NCBI GenBank assembly: GCA_022798895.1
Contig: JAAWNJ010000001.1
Span: 1 to 59,733, forward strand
Direction: 5' to 3'
Source of the DNA: Clostridia bacterium
GTDB taxonomy: Bacteria; Bacillota; Clostridia; TANB77; CAG-508
DNA: 59,733 bases
The notes beneath the pieces are model-generated. The model was not told the origin of the DNA and did not search any database. It saw only the letters and a program-made list of their open reading frames with translations. The position numbers and the translations under genes were made by a program. Shown here piece by piece: positions 1-10,247 of the stretch. Each line of letters begins with the position of its first letter. Position 1 is the stretch's first letter.

Positions 1-1161
1 TTCTACTTTATCTGTTAGTTCTTGAACCGCTTTCCATAATAGAGATGTTAAAGAGTATTGCTCTACACCTTGTCCATCTTGGTCTACAACCTGTTCTGGG
101 CAGTTATAGCCTTCTCCAATTACAAGTCCTATGTGTTTTTTAGTTCCCTTCTTCTCTTTTTTGAAGTTATACTCACAAATATCTGCTTTTTTTACTAATT
201 CAAGAGCATTTACTTTTAGCTTTTTAATATTCTTCTTTTTTGACTTAAGAGATGTTTGAGTAAGTTTTGGAGTTGTAATACCATCTTGTGTAACACTTGT
301 TTTTACTCCTTCACCTTTTTGTTGTAGCTCTAATCCTGCTTCTGATAAGATTGCTGTTTGTCCTGTAGCCTCATTGCTTTTTATAAATCCCATAAATGGT
401 GACATTTCTGCTTTGTCTGAACCATCTGAAAGTAATATGTTTGGAAATGAACTTATATCTACAACTGCACCAGTATTATCTCTAATTATGATTTCAGAAG
501 GATAAATTTCATTAGTATATTTACCATCACTAGTCTTTATTATTAAGTTTGCACTTCCCGATTTATTATCTTTTGGAGCAATAATTGTAGTAGTTCCATT
601 TTTGTCTACATTAAAATTATTACTAATAATTGTCATTTCTTCTGTTGTTAAATCAAATACCTTTCCAACAAAAGATAGTTTATCTGCCTTTATTTTTGCT
701 TCACTAATATCTCCATTTATCATTAATAAAATTTGCGCTGCAGTATATTCTTTTCCATCTACCTTCTTTTGTAGTTCTAAATTTATCCTATCTGCTAAAG
801 TCTCAATAGTTGCAAACATTTCTACTTTGGTTGCAAAAGTCTTATTAAACTCGTTGTCTAAAATATATTCCGCATAGAATTTATTGCCAACTGTGTCAAT
901 TACATAAATATAATTATCTCCCTCAAATAGTTCTATATTAACCTTGTCCAGTGGCTCTTTAATTGGCTCTGTCAATTCTGTCAATACATGATATTCTGAT
1001 AATGATAATCTACGCATTACATACGCTTCTTCTCTTGTAAAAACAATACTATCTGCTACGCTTCCTTTTCGTCTTATTTCTTCTATATCTATTTCGTATT
1101 CTTTCTTGTCTGGACTTGGGTTTGTTCTGCTTTGTTTGTCAACTATGATTTTGTATTTCAT
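1..1161 (-). CDS. Tail fibre / receptor-binding protein, 3' part cut by window edge
   Basis: ATG at 1161 overlaps the upstream TGA (ATGA) and the frame stays open to position 1. The distal part (..KKNIKKLKVNALELV..HIGLVIGE..SLLWKAVQELTDKVE) resembles a Peptidase_S74 intramolecular-chaperone tail. Confidence 0.7.
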   Translation of the reverse strand, partial: MKYKIIVDKQSRTNPSPDKKEYEIDIEEIRRKGSVADSIVFTREEAYVMRRLSLSEYHVLTELTEPIKEPLDKVNIELFEGDNYIYVIDTVGNKFYAEYILDNEFNKTFATKVEMFATIETLADRINLELQKKVDGKEYTAAQILLMINGDISEAKIKADKLSFVGKVFDLTTEEMTIISNNFNVDKNGTTTIIAPKDNKSGSANLIIKTSDGKYTNEIYPSEIIIRDNTGAVVDISSFPNILLSDGSDKAEMSPFMGFIKSNEATGQTAILSEAGLELQQKGEGVKTSVTQDGITTPKLTQTSLKSKKKNIKKLKVNALELVKKADICEYNFKKEKKGTKKHIGLVIGEGYNCPEQVVDQDGQGVEQYSLTSLLWKAVQELTDKVE

Positions 1162-2570
1162 AATAATTCACTTCCTTCCATATTTGGATATAAATCATTA
1201 GATGGGTATAAATCCTCACTTGGAAATAAATAATTGTTGTATGTCTTATTTCCTTCTATTTCTAAGGTTAATATACTTGTCGCTCCTGCTTCTTTTAAAT
1301 ATATTTCTGTTACACCCTCTGCTTCTCGTTTGTACTCTACAGTGTTAGATACTTGTTGCTTGATACTATCTATATCTTGTTTGTATTGTGTAAGTTTATT
1401 TTCATGTTCTGTTTGTTCTTCAATTACATCTTCTACTATCCCATTTATTTTGTCTATTTTACGTTCTACTTGTCTAAATTTAATTTTCGTTGTATCTGTA
1501 TTTTTATATGCTGTCTGTGTTTTCGTTAAGGCTGTAGTTTCTAGTTTTCCGCTATATGCTCCATTAAAAGTAAAAGTGTGATTAAATATATAACTTTCAA
1601 ATTCATTGTCTTTGCTATCTAAAATCTTTATCTTATCTCCACTATCTAAATATGGATAACCATAATAATCTGTTTTAAATGGCAAATACTTCAAACCTTT
1701 TAACTTATTCCATAGTGGCTCTATCGCTTTTTCTCGTTCTGCTTGATCTATTAAGAAGTAATTATCTTCTATTACTAATTCTGTTAGACCATTTTCTGCC
1801 ACACTTACATCATCTTGTAATGTTGTATTTTCTCCCTCTGTTCCAGATATTCTTAATATAAGTGAATTAAGTTCTCCCCATTGTTTATTCTTAGAAAAGT
1901 CTGTAAAATAGTTATTTCCATCTATTGTTTCAACTATTGCAGTTTTATCTAATGAGATTATATAAGGTTTATTGTCCCTTCCTATCTTTGCAAATCCACC
2001 TGCCAATTGTGCTAAATTACTTAATACTACTCTACAAGTTTCGTTGTTTGTAAATGGATTTCCAAGTATCATATAGTCTGCATTTATAAAGTCTATATTT
2101 CCTACTTCCAACCCTACTTGATGACACAAATTTTGGAATAATACTTTAGCTTGACAAGGGTATATTACTTGACTTTTATATGGAACGTCAAACTTAATCA
2201 TATAATCGTACCCTACAAAGCTAGTATTTTCCTTTACTTCTTTATTATCTGGCTTAGGTATTATAAAGTTTCCAAAAGGTACTTCTTCATTTTCATTATC
2301 TATTATCATTCCTGTATAAACTTGTATTTCTTCATTTTCTAAGTCTACTTCATTATTAGGGTTTAAAATATTAACTGTTATCTTCTTTGCTACTGTTGTT
2401 CCTACAAATTTATCATTTATATAGCAGTTATCTTCTATTGTAAAATCTACCAAGTTATCATTTTCTGTTATGTTTGTATCTGTTCCTACAATATGTAATC
2501 TACCTGTCTTTTCATAATTGTTTGCATCTCGCCTACATTCTTCTTTAAATTCATTACTTACTTGATACCT
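1158..2570 (-). CDS. Tail-associated (Tal-like) minor structural protein; proposed AGG start
   Basis: The ORF track gives 1158..2453 (TTG), but the frame is open up to ~2610. SD TAGGTGAT + AAA + in-frame AGG at 2570. Sits after the Dit-like gene. Confidence 0.65.
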   Translation of the reverse strand, partial: RYQVSNEFKEECRRDANNYEKTGRLHIVGTDTNITENDNLVDFTIEDNCYINDKFVGTTVAKKITVNILNPNNEVDLENEEIQVYTGMIIDNENEEVPFGNFIIPKPDNKEVKENTSFVGYDYMIKFDVPYKSQVIYPCQAKVLFQNLCHQVGLEVGNIDFINADYMILGNPFTNNETCRVVLSNLAQLAGGFAKIGRDNKPYIISLDKTAIVETIDGNNYFTDFSKNKQWGELNSLILRISGTEGENTTLQDDVSVAENGLTELVIEDNYFLIDQAEREKAIEPLWNKLKGLKYLPFKTDYYGYPYLDSGDKIKILDSKDNEFESYIFNHTFTFNGAYSGKLETTALTKTQTAYKNTDTTKIKFRQVERKIDKINGIVEDVIEEQTEHENKLTQYKQDIDSIKQQVSNTVEYKREAEGVTEIYLKEAGATSILTLEIEGNKTYNNYLFPSEDLYPSNDLYPNMEGSELL

Positions 2571-2578
2571 TTTATCAC

Positions 2579-2983
2579 CTACAATTCTATTAAGCTCTGG
2601 TCTACTTCATCATATAATTTTCCTATTCCATCAAAGTCAAACAGCATATTTGCTTTTCTATCTCCTCTATAACATTGAATAGTTTTGTATGTACCAGTAA
2701 AAGGGTTGAAAAACTTTACTGATATTGCTCTTCTTGGAATATGTGAATAAAACTCTGTTAATTCTTGCTGAAATAATGGAGTAGTTTTAAGTATTACTTT
2801 AAATTTCTCTGCTATATAGGATAAGTGCATAGTTCCTTTAGCATTTCTTCCTGCATCTAAACTTAAATCGTACCACTCTACTTCATAACCCTTTAGAAAG
2901 TTAGGAGTATATCCCTCAATTTCTATTAAGTTCTTTGGTACATATGTACTATCTATAAATTGTGAAATATATCTCTCTGACCT
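2579..2983 (-). CDS. Distal tail (Dit-like) protein; proposed AGG start
   Basis: The frame opens just after the TMP stop. AGGAGG + 7 nt + in-frame AGG at 2983. The only canonical start (ATG 2830) has no SD and would remove 51 codons. Confidence 0.6.
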   Translation of the reverse strand, partial: RSERYISQFIDSTYVPKNLIEIEGYTPNFLKGYEVEWYDLSLDAGRNAKGTMHLSYIAEKFKVILKTTPLFQQELTEFYSHIPRRAISVKFFNPFTGTYKTIQCYRGDRKANMLFDFDGIGKLYDEVDQSLIEL

Positions 2984-2994
2984 TCTATTACCTC

Positions 2995-5900
2995 CTAAAA
3001 ATTAAATGCTGGCTCTCCTGTTTGCATATAATATTCGTCTGCTCCTGCTTGTACAACTTGGAATATTGCGTTTTTATCTGCTTTTCCTTCTACTTCTACT
3101 TTTATTCTTGAGTTTCTCATACCTTCTATTACTGCTTCTTTTACTTGTTGTGGTAAACTACTACTTACTTCTACATTGCTTTGTGTAGCTATTGCTCCAC
3201 TTATTTGACCATAATCTATAAATTGGTTTGTGTCTATTTTGAAATCGTTTGGATTAATAATAATTCCTTCTGTGCTTAGGTTATTCTTTAAAGAACCTAC
3301 CGCTGATAAAGCTAAGTTCTTTGCATTTTTTACCGCTTCTGGTATCATATCTTTAATACCTAATGTAAAACCTTCTCCGTTATAAACGCCTAGTTGTCTT
3401 GTCTTTTTTGATGGTGAATGTGATAACTGGGCTTGTGCTACACTTTGCAAAGAAGCATTTACCATATCTTTAGCTGCATTTTTTACATAGCCTATTGCAC
3501 TTCTAATACCATTTGCATAACCTGTTGCATTATCTTTTCCTTTTTGGTAGTAATCTCCTGCTCCATCATCAAGCCCTTTTGCTCCTGTATTTGCAACTTT
3601 ATAGTTTACATTATACATATTACCTGATTGAGCATTTATTGCATTTATTGCATCTTGAACTTTCTGTTTTGCTTCTGGTTTCATTTTTTCAAGTGCTTTA
3701 TTAAATGCTTTCTTTCCTTCTTCTGATAAATTGCCATATACTTCTCTTGTTTCTTCTGTCATTCCTGTTACTGCTATTGTAGAAGCTAATATTTTTGCTC
3801 TTGTTTCTTCTGGCAATTTAGATAATGCCTTATTATATTCTCCACTGCTCTTATTTGCCATACTTGCCCATTTTTCAATGTAAGGTTGGCTATTTATATC
3901 AACGTTTCCAATTATGGTATCTAAAATCATTTGCGTTGTTTCGTCAGTGCTTAACAATCTTTGTTCATATTCTGTAGCTGATTTAGAAGATAATTTTTTC
4001 CAAGCATCTATACTTTCTGGTGTCAAGTCCTCTACTGTTTTAGTTTGCTGTGTTAGAGTTCTTATTGTAGTTTCATTTATTTCTTTGCCTTTTTCTTTTG
4101 ATGTATCAGATATATCATCATAATATTTTGTCCAATCCTTTTTAGCCGTTTCAATCTTTTTGCCTGTTTTTTCTAACTCTTTTCTGATTTTTTCTTCTTC
4201 ATCTTTCGCTTTGTTATAGTTAATATCAGCCCAAGCTGTTTTCATACCATTAACTCCTGAAATTTGGTTAGCCAACTTTCCATTTGTTTCTTCAAGTATT
4301 TTATTCTTGTCTGCTTGTGCTTTTGCTGTATTTTCCTCTGCTTCTTTTAATTGCTTTTGCAATTCTAATTGATATTTAAGTTCTTCCTTATAGGTTTCTT
4401 GATATACTTCTAGTTTTATTTGTTCTTCTTTTTTCTTGATGTACTCATCTGTCTTTTTAACTAAGTCATCATAACTTTTTACTACTTTTCCATTTTGTGT
4501 AATTTGATTACCTGTTAGCTTATATTCTGTGCCTAATGCTTTATTTACATCATTTAAAATATATTCAACTCTTGTTTTATAACTATCTTTAACTTTTCCA
4601 TTGCTGTCTATCATGTCTTTCATACTGTCAATTTGTTCTTTAGCAACTTGTAAGTTGATGAGTTGACTATCTTTATTTTTATTAATAGCTTCTATTGTAG
4701 CTTCATGGCTTGATATTAATTGCTCGTGTCTCTTTTTTAAATCTTCAATAGCTTGTGAATTTGCTTGCAAGTTATTATTGTATCCAAGCATTGCCGAACC
4801 AGCACTTAGTACTAATCCTGTTAATGCTCCTACTGCTGTTCCTACTGGTCCGAATACTGAACCTAGCATTGCTCCACTTGCTGTAGCTCCTGCTATACTT
4901 CCTGTTAGTTTTGCAATAGCTTCTCCTGTTCCTATAGTTCCATTTGACAAATCTTGCATTGAACTATAAGTAAGTCCACATGAAGCAACTAAGCCTGCTA
5001 TTCCACCTGCTACTCTTACAGTTTTAGGTATTAAATCTAACATTCCTTGACCTGTTTTAGCTAATGCTTTTCCTACCCCTTCGCCATGTTTTATGTATGT
5101 TTTAAATTGGTCTGCTCCTATTTTTAGCCAAGTTCCAGTATTTTTTAGTCCTGTTCCAACTAAAGCTAATCCATTTTGAAAACTTGTAGTGGGAGTTATT
5201 GTTCCTGTTAGTACTCCACCTAAAGTTCTTACATATCCTATTAATTTTAATAACTTTGCTCCTATATATAGACCTACTAACAATTTTGCTATATTTAATA
5301 TCTTCTTTAAATTAGTATTTCCTTGACCTAATTCCCAAGTAATTTCTCCTGTTAATGGATTTACCTTTTTCGTAAAGCCCAACCATTCCATTATTTTATC
5401 TCTAATTTCAGTAGCTTTACTCTTTACTTTATCCATCATATTGTCATATTCTTTCATAGCATCAAGTAATCTTTGGTCTATTCCTCCAACACTTGCTCCT
5501 CCAGAACCACCACTTGTTTTATCTGGTAAAGTAATATTATTTATTTCATCAAAACCCATTAATTGTTTTTTAAGTTCTTTTGCCTTTCCGCTAGCTGTTC
5601 CTAAATCATCTGCTAAATCATCTGCTCCAACACCTGCACTTATATTTACATTTTGGTCTGATACTTCAAAACCAAATAGCTTTGCAAGCATTTTAAGAAG
5701 TTCATTTATTACCATCATAATTGCGTTTACATATGGAAGTATGTTGCCTAATAATCCTTGCCATAGATTACCCATATTTCTCTTAAATGCTGTTAATTGT
5801 GCATTAAATATCCTTAATTGGTTAGCTGGACTATCCATAGTTTTAGCAAAATCGCCATGTGCTAATGAGGCTTGCCTTAATACTATGATATATCTAGCAA

Positions 5901-6990
5901 TCATTTTTTCTGCTTGTGATAATTGTTTTGTACTTCTTTCAATACCTAATTCATCTAATAAAGGTTCTAGTGATTGTTGTGTTATATCTAATCCTAAATC
6001 TCTTAGTGGCTTAGTTTGTCCTGATAAACCTGCTCTTAGCTTTTGCATTGCATTTTCTGGGTCTATGTTATATAAAGAAGATAAGTCATATCCTAACTTC
6101 GTAAAGTTTTCTGATATCTTATAAGATGGTTCATCTCCTATTCCCATAGACTTAGACATAGCATTAAATAAAGCCTGATATTCCATGCTTTCTTCTATAT
6201 TTATCTTTAATTTGTCTGACAACTTTTCTTGAAAAGCCATAGCTTTTGTATAGTATTTGCTTGCTTCTCTATCTAAGTTTCCATATTGGTCAACAGTTTT
6301 TCCCATTGATACATTAAATAAGTTTTGTGTTTCTACAAAGTCTATACTTTCGGTTGTTGCTTCTTTAAAGAAACCTACTGCTTTTCTTACTCCTAATGCT
6401 ATCGTCCCTATACCTAATGCTGTTTTTAAGTTACTACCAAAATTAGATTTTTTAACTACATTTTTTGTGCTATTGTTAATATTTTTAAGTTCTTTATCAA
6501 ATTGTTTCAATGCGTCTGTTCCAAATGTTTTTTCAATATACTGTCTTAATTCTTGCATTGAGCCTTTTACATCTGTTGTTTCAATATTTATCATTTTTAG
6601 CATTTCTTTAAGTTTATTAGCTTTCGATGTATCACCAAAGGCTCTACATTGTACTTCTGTTTCTTTTAATTTCTCTGCTAAATTTAATATATCTTGTTCA
6701 GCCATTCCTATTTTTTGAGGAGTTTTTTCAATCTCTTGATTTACTTCTTTTATAGGAGCAGAATTAATATTCCTTATTTCACTAGCTAAATTAGCAAAAT
6801 TATTATTTAAAGTCATAAGGTATTTATTAGTTAGTATGCTTTGGTCTATTAGACTTTGAAAAGGTTTTAATGATATAACACCTTCTACAGAACTTCTTAA
6901 TGTCTTAACTTCGCTTATTAACTTGTCTATTCCACTAACTGCACTACCTGCATCTACTGCAATTTTATTCTCTAATGTATTTTCTGCCCT
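2995..6990 (-). CDS. Tape measure protein; proposed AGG start (ATG alternative at 6816)
   Basis: More than 1270 aa with coiled-coil and Gly/Ala-rich hydrophobic blocks, located between the chaperones and Dit. The frame is open 58 codons above ATG 6816, which has no SD. AGGAG + 9 nt + AGG at 6990 overlaps the upstream stop (TAAGG). Confidence 0.85.
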   Translation of the reverse strand, partial: RAENTLENKIAVDAGSAVSGIDKLISEVKTLRSSVEGVISLKPFQSLIDQSILTNKYLMTLNNNFANLASEIRNINSAPIKEVNQEIEKTPQKIGMAEQDILNLAEKLKETEVQCRAFGDTSKANKLKEMLKMINIETTDVKGSMQELRQYIEKTFGTDALKQFDKELKNINNSTKNVVKKSNFGSNLKTALGIGTIALGVRKAVGFFKEATTESIDFVETQNLFNVSMGKTVDQYGNLDREASKYYTKAMAFQEKLSDKLKINIEESMEYQALFNAMSKSMGIGDEPSYKISENFTKLGYDLSSLYNIDPENAMQKLRAGLSGQTKPLRDLGLDITQQSLEPLLDELGIERSTKQLSQAEKMIARYIIVLRQASLAHGDFAKTMDSPANQLRIFNAQLTAFKRNMGNLWQGLLGNILPYVNAIMMVINELLKMLAKLFGFEVSDQNVNISAGVGADDLADDLGTASGKAKELKKQLMGFDEINNITLPDKTSGGSGGASVGGIDQRLLDAMKEYDNMMDKVKSKATEIRDKIMEWLGFTKKVNPLTGEITWELGQGNTNLKKILNIAKLLVGLYIGAKLLKLIGYVRTLGGVLTGTITPTTSFQNGLALVGTGLKNTGTWLKIGADQFKTYIKHGEGVGKALAKTGQGMLDLIPKTVRVAGGIAGLVASCGLTYSSMQDLSNGTIGTGEAIAKLTGSIAGATASGAMLGSVFGPVGTAVGALTGLVLSAGSAMLGYNNNLQANSQAIEDLKKRHEQLISSHEATIEAINKNKDSQLINLQVAKEQIDSMKDMIDSNGKVKDSYKTRVEYILNDVNKALGTEYKLTGNQITQNGKVVKSYDDLVKKTDEYIKKKEEQIKLEVYQETYKEELKYQLELQKQLKEAEENTAKAQADKNKILEETNGKLANQISGVNGMKTAWADINYNKAKDEEEKIRKELEKTGKKIETAKKDWTKYYDDISDTSKEKGKEINETTIRTLTQQTKTVEDLTPESIDAWKKLSSKSATEYEQRLLSTDETTQMILDTIIGNVDINSQPYIEKWASMANKSSGEYNKALSKLPEETRAKILASTIAVTGMTEETREVYGNLSEEGKKAFNKALEKMKPEAKQKVQDAINAINAQSGNMYNVNYKVANTGAKGLDDGAGDYYQKGKDNATGYANGIRSAIGYVKNAAKDMVNASLQSVAQAQLSHSPSKKTRQLGVYNGEGFTLGIKDMIPEAVKNAKNLALSAVGSLKNNLSTEGIIINPNDFKIDTNQFIDYGQISGAIATQSNVEVSSSLPQQVKEAVIEGMRNSRIKVEVEGKADKNAIFQVVQAGADEYYMQTGEPAFNF

Positions 6991-7289
6991 TACTTTTCAC
7001 TCCTCTGTTTTAATAGCATTTGTCCTCTTAATTTTTGCTCTTTTATCTTGTGCATTAATTCTTGTCTTTTTTCTTCTACTGTTTTTGGTTTAGTATTAAA
7101 TTCTATTGGTTTGTCAAAGTATTTGACATTTTTGCTAAACGCACTTGCAATAGCATTATAGTTATAAAATCCTTCTAACCAAGCCTTATAATTTATCATA
7201 TCTCGTTCTTGTTCCATTTTCTGCATATATAAATTTCGGTATACCCATAGCAAGTCTGGGTCATCGTTCCAAAATTCTTGCAAAGGCAT
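6990..7289 (-). CDS. Tail assembly chaperone, gpT-like segment
   Basis: 99 aa. The motif ..FWNDDPDLLWVYRNLY..AWLEGFYNY.. is typical of the T part of G/GT chaperones. Its own ATG has no SD. Confidence 0.55.
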   Translation of the reverse strand: MPLQEFWNDDPDLLWVYRNLYMQKMEQERDMINYKAWLEGFYNYNAIASAFSKNVKYFDKPIEFNTKPKTVEEKRQELMHKIKEQKLRGQMLLKQRSEK

Positions 7290-7388
7290 ACCGAACTTGT
7301 ATTGCTAATGGTATAAGATATTTATTAAAAAAGTCTGTTAATGTTAGTTTTTCTTCTTCTCTATCTTCATTACTATTTTTATTATCTT

Positions 7389-7706
7389 CTATTTCGTTGC
7401 TTCTTGAATGGCTTGGGGATTTATAAAACCCATAAATTGCTCTGTTAAGAATGAAGTTATTTCTGCTAAATTTCCCTTATTTTTTATAAATTTCTCTTCT
7501 ATTCTTTCAGCTTCATCTTCTGTTATCCATTCTTGATATGAATATAAGCCTGTATAAAATAGCTTGTCTGTTAAAGTTAATATCTTTGAGGTGTCTGCTA
7601 AATTCAACCCTTTTTCTTCTGCTTTTTTTGCACTTTTTCTTGTTGGATAACCTAACTTATATTCTTTTCCTTCTACTTCAATTGTTTTAAATTCTTCTTT
7701 CTTCAT
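7389..7706 (-). CDS. Tail assembly chaperone, gpG-like
   Basis: 105 aa with a good SD, immediately upstream of the T-like ORF and the TMP. Confidence 0.7.
   Translation of the reverse strand: MKKEEFKTIEVEGKEYKLGYPTRKSAKKAEEKGLNLADTSKILTLTDKLFYTGLYSYQEWITEDEAERIEEKFIKNKGNLAEITSFLTEQFMGFINPQAIQEATK
7425..7431 (-). promoter_or_regulatory. Candidate -1 frameshift slippery heptamer G GGU UUU
   Basis: GGGTTTT on the minus strand is in X XXY YYZ register of the gpG frame, 11 codons before its stop. The -1 frame stays open to 7261. Confidence 0.5.
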
Positions 7707-7743
7707 ATTCTTTTTCCTCCATTAAATTATTTAATTTTATAGA

Positions 7744-8205
7744 TTAGTTATCACTTGTTGGTAACAATGCACTTACTTCTGTGCTATTTTTATCCACAAT
7801 ATTTTGTGGTGTTATTGAAAGTGTTGCTTCTACTGCACTATTTTGTGATACTGCATTCTTCCTTGTTGAAGCACTACCTTCAATTAAAGTACCCGTATTG
7901 TCTTGGAATACGATTAAAAATTCGTGTATATTTCCATCACAATATGGTTTAACTTTTGTAAAGTAGTTCTTTTCAGTATAGTTGTATAAAAAGTTTTGTA
8001 GTGTACTGTCTTGTCTACCTGCTACATATTGTTTAATTTTGCTTTTTAATGTAGTTACTTCAATTTGTTCTGGATCTGACCCACTTTCTGGTACATCTTT
8101 GATTTCTACTAGCTCCTCAAATGCTGTTGCACCTTTCTTTTTACCATAAAGCATAATTCCAATGTCACTTTGTCCTACTATTTCAATTTCGTTTTCTCCT
8201 GCCCT
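7744..8205 (-). CDS. Major tail protein; proposed AGG start
   Basis: ..EELVEIKDVPESGSDPEQIEVTTLKSKIKQYVAGRQD.. resembles siphovirus major tail proteins. The frame opens at 8211. AGGAGG + 9 nt + AGG at 8205. ATG 8154 has no SD. Confidence 0.75.
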   Translation of the reverse strand, partial: RAGENEIEIVGQSDIGIMLYGKKKGATAFEELVEIKDVPESGSDPEQIEVTTLKSKIKQYVAGRQDSTLQNFLYNYTEKNYFTKVKPYCDGNIHEFLIVFQDNTGTLIEGSASTRKNAVSQNSAVEATLSITPQNIVDKNSTEVSALLPTSDN

Positions 8206-8211
8206 TCGACA

Positions 8212-8631
8212 TTACCTCCTATAAATTATATTATTTTTTATTTTGCCTTCAAACTGTATAGCTTCTCTTGAAACATTTATATCTGCATTTTTTCTTGGGT
8301 CTGGGTCATTACCTTTAAATCTGTAATGTTCCTCAAACACTTTATAAACTAAATCTTCAAGTTCTTCTATAATAGTTTGTCTGGCTATTTTTTTACTTCC
8401 AACGGTCTTGTCCGTTGCATATATTTCTATTTCAATTTTAAAATTATATTTTTGCTCTGTGTATTTTAATGTTTCATCAATTATCGTTATTCTAGGTTTT
8501 TGTACTATTACTAGTGGAAATATCTTACTTTCAGTTGGCGCTGATTTTAGAACTTTAGGTGCATATTTAGATTTCTGTTCTATATATTGTTTTGTAAATT
8601 GATATAACTGATCATATAGTTCTGTTCTCCT
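8212..8631 (-). CDS. Hypothetical tail-completion / head-tail joining protein; proposed AGG start
   Basis: A 140-codon open frame fills an otherwise empty 414-nt gap. It has no ATG/GTG/TTG in the first ~100 codons, so it is absent from the ORF track. GAGAGGTG + 6 nt + AGG at 8631. Confidence 0.6.
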   Translation of the reverse strand, partial: RRTELYDQLYQFTKQYIEQKSKYAPKVLKSAPTESKIFPLVIVQKPRITIIDETLKYTEQKYNFKIEIEIYATDKTVGSKKIARQTIIEELEDLVYKVFEEHYRFKGNDPDPRKNADINVSREAIQFEGKIKNNIIYRR

Positions 8632-8634
8632 TTA

Positions 8635-9144
8635 CTACACCTCTCTTTGCAATTCTTCTAGTGCTACCTCTGTAAACATTTCTTCTGCTCTTTTTAAAGC
8701 ATTGTAGAAATATCTACCTGCTGGCAAACCTTTTGTCCAAGCCCTTAACTGTCCATCTGGGTCTGTCCATTTATAAGGATTTGGGTCACTCTCAGTTGTT
8801 GGATACCACCAACCTTTTTCTCCATGTCCATTTACATCATATTTCCACCCCATCTTTTGCAATTCTTCTGATACATGTGGAAACTTTTCTCCCATTACAC
8901 CAGTTCCAAATTCTTGAAACTTTGCTTTTTCTTCATTATTTCTGATACTCGCTACTGCTGTATTGCCTTCTATCCTAGTTGGAACTTTATATGTGCTAGA
9001 CTGTAAATCACAGTCCATCATAATATCTGCCAACCTATCTGCAATTCTCATTGCTATTTTAGGGTAATCTTTCTTCCTATTCTCATATCTCTTTATCATT
9101 TCATTTAAACTTGATAATGATAAATGTGTTTCAAATTTTGCCAT
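8635..9144 (-). CDS. HK97 gp10-like head-tail/tail component
   Basis: 169 aa, SD AGGTGAT + ATG, located between the head-closure and tail genes. Confidence 0.55.
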   Translation of the reverse strand: MAKFETHLSLSSLNEMIKRYENRKKDYPKIAMRIADRLADIMMDCDLQSSTYKVPTRIEGNTAVASIRNNEEKAKFQEFGTGVMGEKFPHVSEELQKMGWKYDVNGHGEKGWWYPTTESDPNPYKWTDPDGQLRAWTKGLPAGRYFYNALKRAEEMFTEVALEELQREV

Positions 9145-9152
9145 ATTATCAC

Positions 9153-9518
9153 CTACTTGTTAGGCAGTTTCTCAAAAAATATTAATATTTTCCTGTTTTG
9201 ATTTCTTACACTATCTACTCGATAATTTGCATTATCTCCAAAAACTTCTTCGCCTTCTGGCGTAGTATCTTCTATATATGCTAAATCGTTTTCTTTAAAC
9301 TTACCTAAATACTTATCATAGTCTAATAATACTTTTTGCATTTTACTTACTTTATTTCCATATTCTTCTATGTCTGTACTACCACTTAAAGGTTGTATAT
9401 TTTCTTTGCCTATAAATTCTGGTTCAGTATAAATAGTTATTTTGTTTCCGTAGTCATCTAAACTATCTTCTATAAAACTTGCAATATATAATGATTTTTT
9501 CTTCCAATTATTTCTCAT
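9153..9518 (-). CDS. Head closure / head-tail adaptor protein
   Basis: 121 aa; ATG overlaps the upstream gene; located in the head-tail connector block. Confidence 0.5.
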   Translation of the reverse strand: MRNNWKKKSLYIASFIEDSLDDYGNKITIYTEPEFIGKENIQPLSGSTDIEEYGNKVSKMQKVLLDYDKYLGKFKENDLAYIEDTTPEGEEVFGDNANYRVDSVRNQNRKILIFFEKLPNK

Positions 9519-9856
9519 TTAATAACACCTGCCTCTGGTGGTGGCAGTTCATTTAATAAGTCTTGTGAAATACCTGCTCTAGCATAAGTTTCACTTAGTC
9601 CATTTTCTGAATATGAAGTTAAGTTTTCATCTCCTGCTAGATTGTACAATTCAATAGCACATTGGGTTTGCCATTCTCTTGCACTATCATCTGGTAACTC
9701 TGTCATTTCTCTATATCTAAAAGGATAAACTAATCTAAGATAACGAAACTTAGCACGTTTTAGTTTTATTTTAAAAACTTCATCTTTGCTTGTATTTTCA
9801 GCATCTTCAAGAATTTCTATTCGCATTTCTTTTAGTTGCTCTTCAGCTGTTATCAT
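9515..9856 (-). CDS. Head-tail connector protein
   Basis: 113 aa with SD + ATG, downstream of the capsid gene. Confidence 0.5.
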   Translation of the reverse strand: MITAEEQLKEMRIEILEDAENTSKDEVFKIKLKRAKFRYLRLVYPFRYREMTELPDDSAREWQTQCAIELYNLAGDENLTSYSENGLSETYARAGISQDLLNELPPPEAGVIK

Positions 9857-9874
9857 AGACTAGCTCTCCTTTCT

Positions 9875-10234
9875 TTATTTATTATTAGGCTTATTTCCTT
9901 CTGTTTTTGCTTCATTAGGTTTTGTTTGACCTTCTTTAGCTTCTGCTTCTAATTCTGCTCTTACTTCTGCTTTGATTTCTTCTCGTAGTTCTGCTTCTGC
10001 CTTTGCTTTGGCTTCTGCTAATTCTTGTTCATATTTCTCTTTATCAAAGTAGTATGGTTTATTTTCTTGTATATTGAATTTAACAAATATTTCATTTATA
10101 GTGTATACTTGGTATCCTTTTGGCAGGTCTTTTGCTTGACCTGCCTTTTCAATACCATTCTCTCTTGATATATTTACTGGAAACATTTTGCTACCTTCAA
10201 CTACATATACTTTATTATCAACTAATGTAAACAT
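9875..10234 (-). CDS. Hypothetical head-associated protein with Ala/Glu/Lys-rich tail
   Basis: 119 aa. AGGAGG + 9 nt + ATG. C-terminal repeat AEAKAKAEAELREEIKAEVRAELEAEAKE. Confidence 0.6.
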   Translation of the reverse strand: MFTLVDNKVYVVEGSKMFPVNISRENGIEKAGQAKDLPKGYQVYTINEIFVKFNIQENKPYYFDKEKYEQELAEAKAKAEAELREEIKAEVRAELEAEAKEGQTKPNEAKTEGNKPNNK

Positions 10235-10247
10235 AGTCTGTTTCCTC

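Noticed and set aside
3006-6718. Plus-strand ORFs of 60-227 aa inside the tape measure gene, and similar shadow ORFs in the portal, capsid, TerL, AlaRS and surface-protein genes
   Set aside because: They are antisense shadows of long AT-rich genes, Leu/Phe/Ser-rich, without SD.
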